Below, piece by piece: positions 1 to 12,611 of a stretch of 64,000 nt of DNA; positions within the stretch are counted from its first letter, which is position 1, and every line of letters starts with the position of its first letter. The notes under the pieces are model-generated. The model saw only the letters and a list, made by a program, of their open reading frames with translations, was not told the origin of the DNA and searched no databases. Source of the DNA: Bispira polyomma (Eukaryota). The stretch is taken from the NCBI GenBank assembly GCA_965649765.1, contig OZ287755.1:36518001-36582000 (forward strand), written 5' to 3'. Made by a program: the position numbers and the translations under genes.

Positions 1-44
1 CACGTTCCGACAGAGGCCTATAGCAAGACCGGGGATTTACCACC

Positions 45-1198
45 ATGTTGGAAGATTTGCTGATGAGAATCGCAAGTTACCTGGGGTGTAGGAATCTGAA
101 GGAGTTGCTGCAGAAAGTGATGTTGCTGAACTTTTATCCGTCGCCTCTCAGGACGTACAAGATATCCGAAGCTGATGTTGAGTTGATGAACCAATTCAAC
201 ATATGGTTACATTCGGAAGGGCTTCAAGAAACACCGACTATAAGACCACCAAATATGATAGCCTCTCTGGTACAGTGGCGTGCGTTAGCGCATCTAATCA
301 ATTGTACAGGAGAGAACAGGTTCAGCGCAAAGGACATCAAGCCGAAGAAGATAGTTGTTACCTGTGCTGAGGGAGGGAGTGAAAAAGGTGAACCCGAGGT
401 AGAGATCCAGTTGGCAAGCAGTGAAAACACTCAGAGTCTGAGTGATGAATCCAAACTTGATAGTTCTCCAGAAAGACAGAGCAGTGCCTCGATGTGCAAA
501 CAGAACTTTAGATCGACATCCGACGTGTTAAAAACATTGAAGTGGATAAAGAAGAGGGTGAGGTTGTGGACAGTTTGTCACCAGAAAGGCAAGAGGTGAT
601 ATCAAAGAGGGAAGAAGAGGAAATGGAAGTGGAAGTAAGGACGCCCGAGGGAGAGCGAAAGGAAGTAGAGATAAAGACGCCCGAGGAAGAGCCAAAGGAA
701 ATAGGGGCGCAGGCAGATGAGCCTCAGGAAGTTGTAATGGAAAAGCCATCAGAGGAACAGTCAGAAGAGCCAGCCTTTTCTACTGCTTCCCAGGAAGAGG
801 CCTCTGGGGAAACGAACTTAACTGAAGTTAGTCAACCACCCAAGACTGAGCCGGTGGTGAAACCCAAAGTGTTAAAACTGAGACCAGCAGCTTTGGGAGT
901 ACCATACCTTCCGGAAGAGCGTGAAATAAGATTGGTCCGATTGGTGAGAAATTCACAGAAGATATCTTTTGTGGGTTCACATTTCCACCACAATCGTCTT
1001 CAGCAAAAGAATGGGTATGAGGATCTGGATGAAATATTGGCCCAAGGGCCGATACCGCAAACCCCTATGAAGCTGGAAGCTGCAGTGGCCAATTTTATAG
1101 ACGAAGTGCCGGCCAGGAGAGTAAGACAAGCTCTGTCCAAAGATTCAAGACTGTTTTTTACCTTCGGGGTGCATCCCAAACGGGTGCACAGGGGGTGA
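45..1198 (+). pseudogene. Frameshifted ORF (two overlapping frames) with acidic low-complexity middle; probably a transposon/virus accessory gene, 5' end likely outside the window
   Basis: ORFs 45-599 and 542-1198 overlap and read as one protein with a frameshift. The motif PPNMIASLVQWRALAHL resembles, from memory only, accessory ORFs of invertebrate Gypsy elements. Confidence 0.4.
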
Positions 1199-1310
1199 CC
1201 AGCAGGTTTACCACTTGCTGGGATATTCCGAGGAAGGGGCATTTAAGCAGGTTTACCACTTGCTGGGACACTTCATAGAAAAGAGGTTTTAGCAGGTTCA
1301 CCACTTGCTG
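1199..1310. repeat. Three copies of a ~20-bp hairpin-forming motif AGCAGGTTTACCACTTGCTG
   Basis: Copies at ~1201, ~1247 and ~1291, directly after the stop codon; stem (C)AGCAGG/CTTGCT(G) with one G-U pair. Confidence 0.8.
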
Positions 1311-1748
1311 AAATAGTGTGCTCGAAGGATAAGCAGATTGAAACACCTGCTCCCAGTAATTTGAAGTAAGGGTATTAAACTCCTTTACCATAGGATCGAA
1401 TCCTTTGTTGACAGGGAAGAGTGTGGTGATCTTCGGATTACGAGGAACTCGATCTTGACAAGGAAAACTCTCGCTTTGGCTGTAGAAGGTGAAGGTCGCC
1501 GGAAAGCTGCGCAGTACGGCAGATCGTGAATTGACAGCCATGTTGAAGGACATAATTTATAGAACCGGGAGTTTTGAATAGTGAACTGTGAGAGATATCT
1601 AGGCAGATATAAAGACAGTATATTAAGAAGATATATACATTAGTGTGTTGCTGTATCACGAAGATAGTTGGTGTACAGTTACACCGGAAGACCAAAGTGG
1701 ACTGCTGGAGTTCATATAACAGTAAGTTCACTTCAATATACAAGGACT

Positions 1749-2030
1749 ACCTGTGAAATAAATTCCCAAGACTATATGTCAGCTCTAAAGGCAAAAATGT
1801 ATCAGATTGGACCGGTAAAATAAATTCATCTACATATATGCATGGTATTTGCATTGGAAAGATAGATGTTTTAATTGTGGAAAATACAAATTTTACCTGT
1901 AAAATAATTAAGTTCCCCAGAGTATATGTCAGCTCTATAGGTGAAAATGTGTCAAATTTGACCTGTGAAATAAATTCCTCTACATATATGCATGGTGTTT
2001 GCAGTGGAAAAATAGAAGTTTTACGTGTGA
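1749..2030. repeat. Diverged ~150-bp tandem duplication
   Basis: tatatgtcagctcta...aaataaattc..ctacatatatgcatggt occurs twice about 150 bp apart. Confidence 0.8.
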
Positions 2031-3599
2031 AAAATTTCCTTTTAATATGTGCATTGTTAAAATTATATTCGCTAAACATATGCATGATATTTGCATTTAA
2101 AAGATACATGTTTTAAGTGTGACAAGTTCCCGTCAAATATGTGTACATTAAAATTATATAGAATGAAAATATATAAGTTTCAAGTGCAAAAAAAGTTTGT
2201 TGAAATATAAGCATGCTATAGCTGTGAAATATATTCCAGATATGTATATATATAAGTAGGTTGTAGTTTTTATTGATAATTACTCAGGATATCTATGCTT
2301 TTCATGTACAAGTATTTTCTAAAGCTGTATTGTTGTTGTTTTTTACTATTGAGATAGTTGAGTAGGTTGTAGTTATTATTGATAATTACATTGTATTTTA
2401 CACTGTCTTTTTTCATTTTTTCAGGTACAAGTGTTTTCTAAAGCTATATTGTTTTTGTCCTATACAAGAGTCTTTTATTGCGAGGTTGTTTTGTTTAAAT
2501 GACATTCTATGTATTAGGTAGCATTATACAATATACTGATGTTTTTTTTTGATGAAAGATGTTTTTACAATGAAGAAGTTTGTTATAATTAGCTCTTTAG
2601 ATTTTCTCTCCATCTGTTTTAGAATTTCAGGATGTCCATTTACACCCCTCACCAATCCCCATGCTATGATTAAATCCACGTGGGGTGGGTTTGCAGTTAC
2701 AAAAATCATATCCGCATTGAAAATCAAATATACTTTTTACTAATAAGTTAGCTCAAATATTTAGAGTGGTGTATGTACATAAGGCACTCGTATGAGTATT
2801 TACAAAGTTGCATGAGCCCATTATGGTTCTGTCACTCAGATTAATGTCTATTACATGTATTAGGTTTAAATATTTCTTACAATTAGTCCTTTACTATAGC
2901 AAGTTATTTCTTATGTCAACACTTGCTTGTTTTATATATATATAAATATATAACTGTATAGTATCCTAAAACGATAGCTCTAGCAAAGAAACAAGAATCC
3001 AGAAAATCATTAAGAGCCATTCCTTAATGAATACTGCTTTGACTGAAATGTAATTTTATTCCAAAATGAATGTTAATACTAGTTTGACAGGTGTTCATAC
3101 AGACATTTCGATTGGTAGCTATCACAATATTTTCAAGCTTTCTCATTGACCGAAGACTAGGACTACTGCTTATTTCATTCCTTTGAGAAGAAAGCTCATT
3201 GGTCTGTGGTAATACTAAGGTTTATTGATCATTTTAGAGCAAATGGAAATGGCCGATTGAGAGCTTCTATGCTGACTTATTTTCATTAAATTTGTCATAG
3301 TAGTGTAGTAACATAGTGGTGTAGAGACCTGGTTTATACAGGGAACAATCTTGAGCAACTAGTATGCAGTCCACCCCCTCCCCCACCCTCCAACCCCACA
3401 TACATAGTGTACTGGTAAGGGACTTCACTCAAATCACATGGGTACTGGATTCTAATGTCATGGGGGTAGTGTTTTAGAGACTAGATTCTTGAGTATCTGG
3501 AGTGATTCGTCTTTTCAAGGTCCATGTAAATTAGACTTTGGATCAGAACCATTCAGATGAATTAACTACATTGGAAAGTCTTATCAAAAGATCTTGGTA

Positions 3600-3990
3600 G
3601 AGAAATAAAAATGTGTTCGGATAATAGCTGGTCGGATAATAAAGGTTCTACTGCATGTCTATGTTAGGTCAAAGTATATTTCCTATTTCTGCGTTATAAG
3701 CAGTGTTTTATATATATAAGCAAAAATTAAACTTCTTACAGCAAATGGTCTTGTTGCTCACCAAGCTCAAGATTGAAAAAATGCCATTTATTAGGTACCA
3801 AACAATTTGGGAGAGAAAGAAAATGTGGTCGGATAATAGAGGTTCTACTGCATATGTTGGGTCAAAGTATAGTTCTTATTCCTGCGTTATAAGTAGTCTT
3901 ATATATATAAGCAGAAATTAAAGGCCGTACAGCAAATGGACTTGTGTCTCTGCGGGCTCAAGCTTGAACACATGCCAATCATTAGGTAAG
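3600..3990. repeat. Diverged ~200-bp tandem duplication
   Basis: ggtcggataata.aggttctactgcat...gtcaaagtata...gcgttataag...cagcaaatgg..ctcaag...atgcca..attaggta is repeated. Confidence 0.8.
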
Positions 3991-4440
3991 ATTTAACGTG
4001 CCTATATCTGTATGTATAGGTAACCAGACAGGAGAAAATAACTACTTTATCGCTATGGGTTCAACATTTGGTAGGATTTATTAGGTATCTGTTGGCTTTG
4101 TCCTTTATTATTTTTGGAGTTATTATTTATCTCTTTACCAGAGCAAAGCCTAGTTTAGTCTGCAGTATGAATCAGTTACAGGGTAATATAGATCAGCTGC
4201 ATTGGGTGTCTTCTTTACAGCTCTTTATTTACATTGAAAAGTTCCACATAGATAGAAGCCAGAGTTTAGTCATACATATTGCCCTTTTCTTCTCTAAGCA
4301 TCACTTCTTAATATTCAACCATTCAGGATAGAGCCATTTTTAGATAATTTAAGCATATACTATTAGTTAATATAGATAAGCGGATATATATAGTTTATTT
4401 TTCAACTAAAACAAATTGTTGAATCATAGAAGAAATAACT

Positions 4441-5577
4441 ATGTGGAAAATTATAGTGATAATCATCGAGGGGGGGGAGGGGGGGCTGTCAGTGGGTTTG
4501 ACATGACTGCAACTACCCTGACAAGTGCAGTTGTTTCCAAAGATATATATTATGTCAAAATATCTTAGGTAAACCCGTTCTGGCTGTACCAGAATCTGAT
4601 AAGGTTGTAAAATTCCTATATCACTGATCTGGATTCCTTGGATGAGTTCCCCAATCTGGAGTTGTTGTCCTTGTACAATGTACACATCACTTGCAGCATT
4701 ATCTATAATAAGGCTGCAAGTTATGACATTAAAGCACCTATGTGTCCAGGTAAGTCTTTTTACGTGTTTTCATTAGTTCATATAATTTCATGAGTTTAAC
4801 AAAATATAACAAATACATTAACATTAAATGCATATTTGAGCATCGTACAGCTTAGTCAAATTTCTTTGTACTTTATGTATACACAAGATTCTGTACTCTT
4901 GAGATCATTCGTATGTTGTTGTTATTTTTTCTTCAAAATTCAGTCTTTTCCACAACTGCATCAGACCAAGGCAACATCAGTCTAGCTTCTTTGACCACCA
5001 CCACAAGCACTGCTATAACCAAGAACCCGTCCCCCCCCCGAAATTCTAGGAGCTCCTCTAACAGTAATCTCTCCCCTACCCGGGCTAAAACCACTGGACC
5101 TAGGAAGCCCTCCCCTACTCCTGCTAAGAGCACTGCAACTAGCAACCCCTTGAACAGCCCAGCTAAGACCACAGCAACTAACAATTCCTACCCCACCCCT
5201 GCTAAGATCACAGCTACTAACAATTCCACCCCAGCTAACACCGCCACAAGCAGCAATCCCTTACCCTCCCCGGCTAAGACAACCTTAACCAGGAAAAAGA
5301 ACCCGGGTAAGACCATCTCAAACAGAAAGTTATAAACACAGAGAAAACAACGAGAAAAAAAGACAAAAGTGGCCAGTGTTAGTCTATATTCAGGTAAAAC
5401 AAAAACAACAAGCAGCACTGAGCCTGTCCGTAGGCTTTATTTTTATATGCGGAGCTTGTTGTGTTGGGTGTTGCTTTGTATGTCCAAAAAAAGTCTGTAC
5501 GGGCTAGTACTGGAGGAAGGGTTCTTGAGGAAACTCAAATTTTCATGGACAATTTACATTATGACACAGAACTATAA
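4441..5577 (+). pseudogene. Decayed type I membrane glycoprotein gene: signal-like N-terminus, LRRNT-like Cys cap and LRR-like unit, intron 4750-4943, S/T/P mucin stalk, TM helix, short tail
   Basis: MWKIIVIII start; DCNYPDKCSC..ILC; LDSLDEFPNLELLSLYN; the donor ccag|gtaagt and acceptor ttcag|tc join in phase into ORF 4913-5335; TM ALFLYAELVVLGVALYV; tail ends NLHYDTEL*. Several frameshifts and stops. Confidence 0.65.
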
Positions 5578-5769
5578 GGTTAGAAGAAAATGTATAGTTT
5601 TAGATACAAACATGTAAAAAGATGTAATTAAAATGTTGTCCACAAAAATATTCAAATATGAAAAATACACATTGTATCAAAGATATTTACCAGCCGGTTT
5701 ACATATGGAAATATAAATAATTCAAGAGCAGAAATTTGAAAAAGAAAACTCAGGTATTTTTGCTATTTC

Positions 5770-6466
5770 TTACACTGTCAAAAATTTTCTAATAAAATAC
5801 AGAAATATTTGAAAATTTTCCTGTGACATTTGATATTCATGTCCCGGAAAGTACATTCTCTCTCCCTGCTGCTCATGGACAGCATATTTCTGTATACAAA
5901 ACTGCTGGTAAATATCGTCGATGCTAACAGGATAATTGTAAGGTAAATTGAACTGTTACAACACTCTGAGTTCTCGGTTGGCATTATTGAGTGCCACGTC
6001 CATCTCCCGACGTCAGCTCCAGAGTATGTGGCACTGGTCTTTATATAGTCCGACATATTAGTCAGTATTGGAAAAAACTACCGTTACGGTCACAAGATCC
6101 AACTCCATTCGGAGATTACATGATAGATAATGTGGTTGAGTAAAAAAATTATATATTATTGCAGGTGCCAGCTGCTGCTGTCCTTGCTGTCCCTCTTTAT
6201 CCTTCTACTCCTCCTCTGCTGCCTCCTCTTCCTCCTCCTCCTGCTGGCCCAGGTTTTCCTGCTGGATCAAGTCTTCCTGATGCTGCTGACTCAAATTTTC
6301 CTGGTGTCCCGGATCTTCCTGGTGTCCCGGGTCTTTTACCCGCTCCAACTCTTTCGTCGAAGCTCTGGCATTGGTGATGGCAGTATCCAACTCAATTTCC
6401 CAGTCCTCCGATGAAAGCAAGGGTTCGCCCCCACAACATAGTGAGGAATCCCAGTCAGACTCAGTC
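5770..6466 (-). pseudogene. Decayed gene with Q/E-rich N-part and tandem PC4-like (ssDNA-binding-like) C-terminal domains
   Basis: A single frame runs from the acceptor ttttgtag|6466 to TAA at 5770 with 4 internal stops and no frameshift. The C-terminus FCIQKYAVHEQQGERMYFPGHEYQMSQENFQIFL resembles the PC4 pattern (IDIREYW...GE.KPG.KGISL..EQW..L). Confidence 0.5.
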
Positions 6467-6724
6467 CTACAAAATAATAATAATAAAATAAATAGTTTGT
6501 ATTAGCCGGGCAGCAAGTTCTTTCTTATTGGTGTGAAATGTGCATACACACACAGAGACGCATATATTTATATGTATATATTAGATAGTATATGACTGGG
6601 GTTTTATTTATAAAATGTTGACGTGTCATTTGGAATTCAATCATATAAAATATACATATAAGTTTTATGCAAGTTTCTATAAAAATATTTACATACATAT
6701 TACAAATAATTTAAAAATAGAAAC

Positions 6725-6960
6725 AAGTGGTAAGGCATTTGCCTCCTAACATTGAAATTGTGGGTTTGAATCTCGACCCAGACTTAAGTGGTAAAGTTGA
6801 AAGATATTGTCAGTTGTTTACAATACAAAATCTTACAGGTGTCAGTCTAAATTTTATTTTACATGTGTAAGAGTACTTACAGGCAGGGCCTTTTATAGGC
6901 GTCCTCAGTGGAGTCAGCGATTGCTGTATTCAGACAATTGTTGCTACAAATAAAAAAATT
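6725..6960 (+). mobile_element. Decayed tRNA-derived SINE fragment
   Basis: A-box-like agtggtaagg, B-box-like ggtttgaatct, A-rich tail. Confidence 0.45.
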
Positions 6961-9235
6961 AATAAATACATAAATAGAAATATATAATATTTAATTTAAG
7001 TTTCTAAAGTTAAATATTTTCTTCGACGATAATCATTAATACAATATTGATAATAGAACAGAATTTCATTATCATCGGAAAATATATATATATATATATT
7101 AGCTTTGTTAGATTTAATTTACTGACATTTCAGCCTTTACCCAGGCACGTATTAATTCCCCCGTGGAAGTGTATTTCCTAAGCCAACCATTATTATAAAT
7201 GTCTATATTAGTCATATAAAGTTAAATGCACAGTTACTTTAAAGTTTTCATTTTTTTTTCATGTTTAGTATTTCTAATAATATTGTTTTTTGTCCCTAAC
7301 AAAATAAAGTTACTTACTTGGCTCCTATATTTGGACTTCCTTTTTTTATCTTTCTATTCAAAAGCACAAAACTAAGGTTCCCAAGCACTTTTACAATCGA
7401 TGTTGTACAAAAATACAAATGCAACTTTGGTCAAGATCTGTCTCTACTTTCTAGATAATCCTGGATAAAGGAACATTACATTTTTATGCAGCTGGAGCCC
7501 CCTGAAAGGCTAGCAGAAGGCTGACAGGACCCAGATTTTGCTTTTATTTTTATTTTCACAGCATAAATCAAAGTTAGAGCCGTTAAATATCTCGAGGTTA
7601 GGGTTCGCTTTTAGGATCATTTCTTGTAAGACAAGCTTCTTTTTTAAGGTGTTAAAAATTGGTTCCTTGTGATATTTTCAACAAAATTTATATTTTAATT
7701 ATTCAATAAAGGACAGATAATGAAAGGATGAATGATATAAGTCTAGTGATATATTTTGTAATAAATGCCAGGTTATAATGGTGCTCAATGGTAGTTTAAA
7801 GCAACCTTGAGTGTTTAGTGATATTTCAGTCAGGAAGTCTTTCATTCAGAGTGCTGATAGGTCAAATGAGTGCTTTGTGAAGGCTGTGGTAGGGGGTGTA
7901 GGGGGGGGGGGGGTGTTTCTTAATATTACCAGTTATTTTTTGTGCTTGGCCTTTTTTTTTTTTTTTTAAAGGAGCATCTGCTGGGTTCAGTGTACTGTTT
8001 TCTATGACTATGCATGGACCATGCACGGAACTAAATGTTTGTTGTGCTCTGAGATTTATTTGACCATTGATAATCCAAAAGCAGGTGAAATCGAGGCAAA
8101 GAGTTCTTGATTAGTAATTTTCTGTCCCCATGCATCTGCCTATGCTTATATATTAAAGCCATTTATATGGTATAGAACCATTACTTAATATTACAAGTTT
8201 CTTTGAGGGTTTTTTTTTTTTTGTCAATTGACCACCTGAGAGCCCGTTGCACTGCCTTGCATAGAAAAAAGAGCCACATGCACACACACATGTCCACACA
8301 AAGATGGGTAATTATATTGCCCCACCTTATAGGTCTGGGACTTCAAAGCAATCAATTCCTTAAAATAAATTAAAGCAAAAGTCTTTTATTGCTGTCTAGT
8401 ATGCCTTTATTATCCGATAATAGTAGTGAGAGTAACAATTTGGTTTGGATAATAAAACATCCATCATCAATTACGAGACCACTCCTCCCCCCCCCCCCCT
8501 CCTTTCCCTTCCCATCGTTTCTTTTCCTATTGCCGGGGGGGAGGGGCCTCTCCCTGCGAGGGTCACGTGATCTATGTCATCAATTTTTCCACCCACTCTT
8601 ACTTCTATCTTCCCACCATATATACTACTCACACTTATGACATAGCGACAATATTTCTGCTGTATATTGTATTCAAATTCAGTGAAAAATTCCTTTGACA
8701 ATATTTACATGACTTATTGCATTTTTATGGCAGTTGTACATTTTTAATGGTTCCTTAAATACTTCTTTTAGCAAAAAATATTTTTTTTGACAATATTTAC
8801 ACGACTTATTGCATTTTTTGAGGAAGTTGTTACATTTTAAATGGTTCCTTAGATACTCTGTTTGACAAAAACACAGGAATAATTTCTAAGTGAATGAGCT
8901 GTAGTACACCTATATACATAAAGTAAATCACTAAAATCTAATTTACACTTAGGACACGTCTTATTATTCTTAAGGATTGTAGTTTTTTTTTAATAGATAT
9001 ATGTCTGCCTAAATCCCGTAATCGAAATAAATTTCTATGACAAAATAATAACACTCCATGGTCCTGAATAGATATTATCAAGATTGCATTGTCTATATAT
9101 GTGTACAGCCATATTTATGAGCAAAATATAGATTTGACTTTCTCAAAATATGGCATCATTTATATTGCATTGATAATAGTGTAATTATATTTTGGGCTAT
9201 TAGTCATTCTCAAGGTATTACCTTCTTATTGGTAA

Positions 9236-10096
9236 TGTTACGGTCATGGGAGCAAGCGCGGTAGCAATTACCGGTTGCTTTGAGGTTGTAACAGGAAAAG
9301 ACAAAAAGTTTCACTTAACAAATTTATTTAACAAATAAAGTAACAATTACAGAATTACAGTCAACTGAGATACCCTTAATAGTTCATACAATAATACAAT
9401 AATGAAACCAATCTGACCTGACCACAGTCCTGTCCACATAAATAACAATTAAACAAGTTTGTCCACTGTATCCAGCAATCTGTCTTGAGATCCGCTCAGT
9501 GTCCACACAATGCCTGTATCCTGTTATCCCTTTGGTGTCCACGAACACAAAATATATATATCCAGAGAGTCTGCACAACTAAGCTATCCAGTCCAGGATG
9601 CAAAAATATCTGATATGCAGTAAATCCAATCTCTGGTAGATCTACAACTTTTATCTAGTTCACTCCAATAAGTTCACCACAAAAACATATATAGTAATCA
9701 GTTTATATCCACAGGAAAAGAAATAAAATGTTTCACAATATAGCAGTTCGTATAGCACACCAACTCAATTAACTCTGGTCTGTGGTCAGGCTGTCAACCC
9801 TTATATATACAACTGCTAGAGTAGGCTCTAGAATATGTGAACAATTGCTAGAACATTCCAGAGATGAGATTTAAACATACATTAACACAACTTTAATAAC
9901 AGAAACAAAATAGAACCGGCTTCTAGAAGCTTAGGGGTTTCCCCAATTCTATAAATAGAACACTCTAGCAGAGTGTAAGAATCACTAGTACTAACTAGAC
10001 CGGTTCTGCATTAACACACCACAATGTCCTTATATGTAACAGGTAACTATAATTTAAACATTTATTCACATATTGAGTCTTAACCTGGCTATGACA
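9236..10096 (-). mobile_element. Probable solo LTR (unrelated to the main family)
   Basis: TGTTAC...ATGACA termini; minus-strand TATA (plus ccttatatatac ~9800) and AATAAA (plus tttatt ~9324). No clear TSD found. Confidence 0.4.
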
Positions 10097-10123
10097 ATGT
10101 ACTATATCAGTACACCGACAGAG

Positions 10124-10930
10124 ATGTGCTTCAGGTTTATTGACGTTACCCAAAGAATTACCTTTGTTACTTATGATTGTGCATTTGAATGTTACTGTTT
10201 ACAATTATAAATTGATGGAGCAGATAACCTGTTTATTCTGTCAAATTTTGAATTAGGAAAGTTTATCTTTAAAATGTTCCACTAATTAATTTGATGGACT
10301 TTTGAAGTTTATTTCCACGGGTTGAAAAAGTGACTGTTCAATATGCAAAATTTTCAATGTACTTGGTTACAGGACATATCCAGTGGTATTAAAGTCATAA
10401 CTAAAATGTGTATTACTGCTGCGGTGATACAAGAGGTATCAAGCACTAGAAGCAGTGTTTATATCACTGAAGCAATACAAGACGTATCAACCATTAGTAT
10501 TAAAATCACTGAGGTAATACAGAAGATATCTACCCCTGACTCCATTCAAGAGGTATCAAGAGGATTTGAAAATAGTTGGAAAGCAAGTGATTATAGCAAG
10601 GAAGAGAAAATTACTACCACTATATTATATGATAACTCAGTTGATAATGGACATACAGTATCTATGAAAGATTTTAGAATTTTACTAGTTATTTCAATAA
10701 TAACTATTATTATATTATGAGTAGTAATGACAGGTTTATTTTTGATTATATGCTGCAAAAAATTGAATCGCCCTGGAATGGGACCAAACATCATATGCAC
10801 AGGTTCTTTAGCCACTGATGGTAATGAGGCTGTCAGCAACCCACATTATAGTGGACCAGAATTCTATGAAAGAGATAATATGTAAGAATAGATTGAACTG
10901 TCGGAGATATATTTAACTGCATGATCCTAA
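10124..10930 (+). pseudogene. Second decayed type I membrane glycoprotein gene, paralog of 4441-5577
   Basis: DCAFECYC cap; FPRVEKVTVQYAKF.C...ITKMC aligns with FPNLELLSLYNVHITC...APMC; S/T-rich stalk (ORF 10343-10720); TM ILLVISIITIIIL*VVMTGLFLIICC; tail with NPHY. Confidence 0.55.
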
Positions 10931-12129
10931 TGTTATTTCACTAATAAATGTACTACATTCAGGCTTTATGAGCAGGCACAATGTTGTCGAGGCCATTGTT
11001 CAGAGAATACCTGGAAACTTTTCAGAGGAAATTAACATGAGCATGTATACAATGCAATCTGTTTAGATGACAGCAGCAATATATCCTGGCTAACACTCTG
11101 TATATATGACAGCAACAGTACATATGATGATATTATTAAAAGAGAATGAAGGTACTGATAACTCATAAAGAATTAATTATTCTACGTTGTAAAGTAGTAA
11201 CTATCAGTAATTATCGATAATTTCAGCTTCTTCTAAATAATATTAGACCAAATCAAATATGTTTTAACATTTAATATTATACATAAAATCTGACCGAATA
11301 TTATTCTACGTAAATTTTAGTCGACACCATATTCTACGAATAAATCAAGTTGGTACATCATAGTACAACACCATTTTGTTTGATGAAGGTGACCCAATGA
11401 TAAAGTTATTTAGGACTGCTTTGTTGATTTCGTGAAGTATAACAACATGTTATACCTTCGAGTGCTCTGAATTAAACAAAATCTACCAGTGTAACGATGT
11501 ATTCCAGACTGATCAGATTCATAAACATAATGAACATGCCCACGTTCTATTATTAGTGAATGTAAAAGAATACTGTGTGAGCAATTGAATGATGGCTGTC
11601 AATCTATTCAGAAAATTGTAGTGGATAGTCACCTGTCATATACGACTAATAACTGTAGTATGATTGAAGTGACAGGATGTCACATAATCAAACCTGGTAA
11701 AGGAGGTAGTTAAGAGGTAATTAATTTTGTATATCATGTTTTAGGGCTCTCAGTCTTACACTGGCGTTCATAATACTGGTTGAATGACAATATTGTTCGC
11801 TTATAATGTGAAATCAAATGAAGTGTTTTGTCTGTCGTACAGGATTCGATGTACATATTATAATTAAACAACTAGGATTACAATTTAGTTAATTTATTTC
11901 AAAATATCTTACAGACATTTAGTCACAATGTTAAAACCAATAACCAAGCCTACATTTTAACTAATTTATGTAACCTAAAATTTACAGCATATTATTAAAT
12001 TTGCTAAACATCATTGTAGCCAATCTGGGTTGATAAAAATGTAGCTAAATAACTACAGCATTTTATTAAATGTACAAAAATTAGAGTAATTTATAAATTG
12101 CAGATTAATAAAGAATGTAAATAAGACAT

Positions 12130-12611
12130 ATCTGTTAGAGAATCTAGTTTACAAAATATTAGATCTTCATTTATGTAGCAAAACGTTTACTGTAAATCAT
12201 AAATTTAGAAATTCTAGTAAAAAAATATTAAATCTTCTTTATGTGGCAAATGTTTACAGTAATAAATCTTCATTTATGTAGAAAAACGTTCACACCAAAT
12301 CACAAATGTAGAAATTCTAGTTTACAAATTATTAAATCTTCATTTATGTGGCAAATGGTTACAGTAACTTTTAAATTTGAGGTGCAATTCTAAATTGAAA
12401 AAGCTATATAATTCCAGTAGCTTAGGGTTATTGGGGTTAGAATTTAGTCAGTAGCTAGGGGTTAGGGTTATTAGGGATAGGGTTTAGGCTTAGGTTCGGT
12501 AAAAGATTAGGTGTATTAGGTTTTTGGGGGGTGCCCCAGGGAGAAATCCCTATTTGGTTGGCGCATGCACAGACGGCATCCAAAAAATAAGGAGGGGTGT
12601 ACATAACTACT
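12130..12611 (-). mobile_element. Putative Polinton/Maverick terminal inverted repeat end
   Basis: The minus strand begins AGTAGTTATGTACACCCC at 12611, followed by a GC-rich tract (gcatgcgcc), degenerate CCCTAA-like repeats (12420-12520) and short tandem repeats (12140-12365). The other TIR and core genes are not seen in the window. Confidence 0.5.

Noticed and set aside
11490-11882. Possible solo LTR (TGTAAC...ATTACA)
   Set aside because: No TSD and no second copy in the window.
12420-12520. True telomere or fusion scar
   Set aside because: Short and highly degenerate TTAGGG-like units, better explained as a subterminal repeat of a mobile element.
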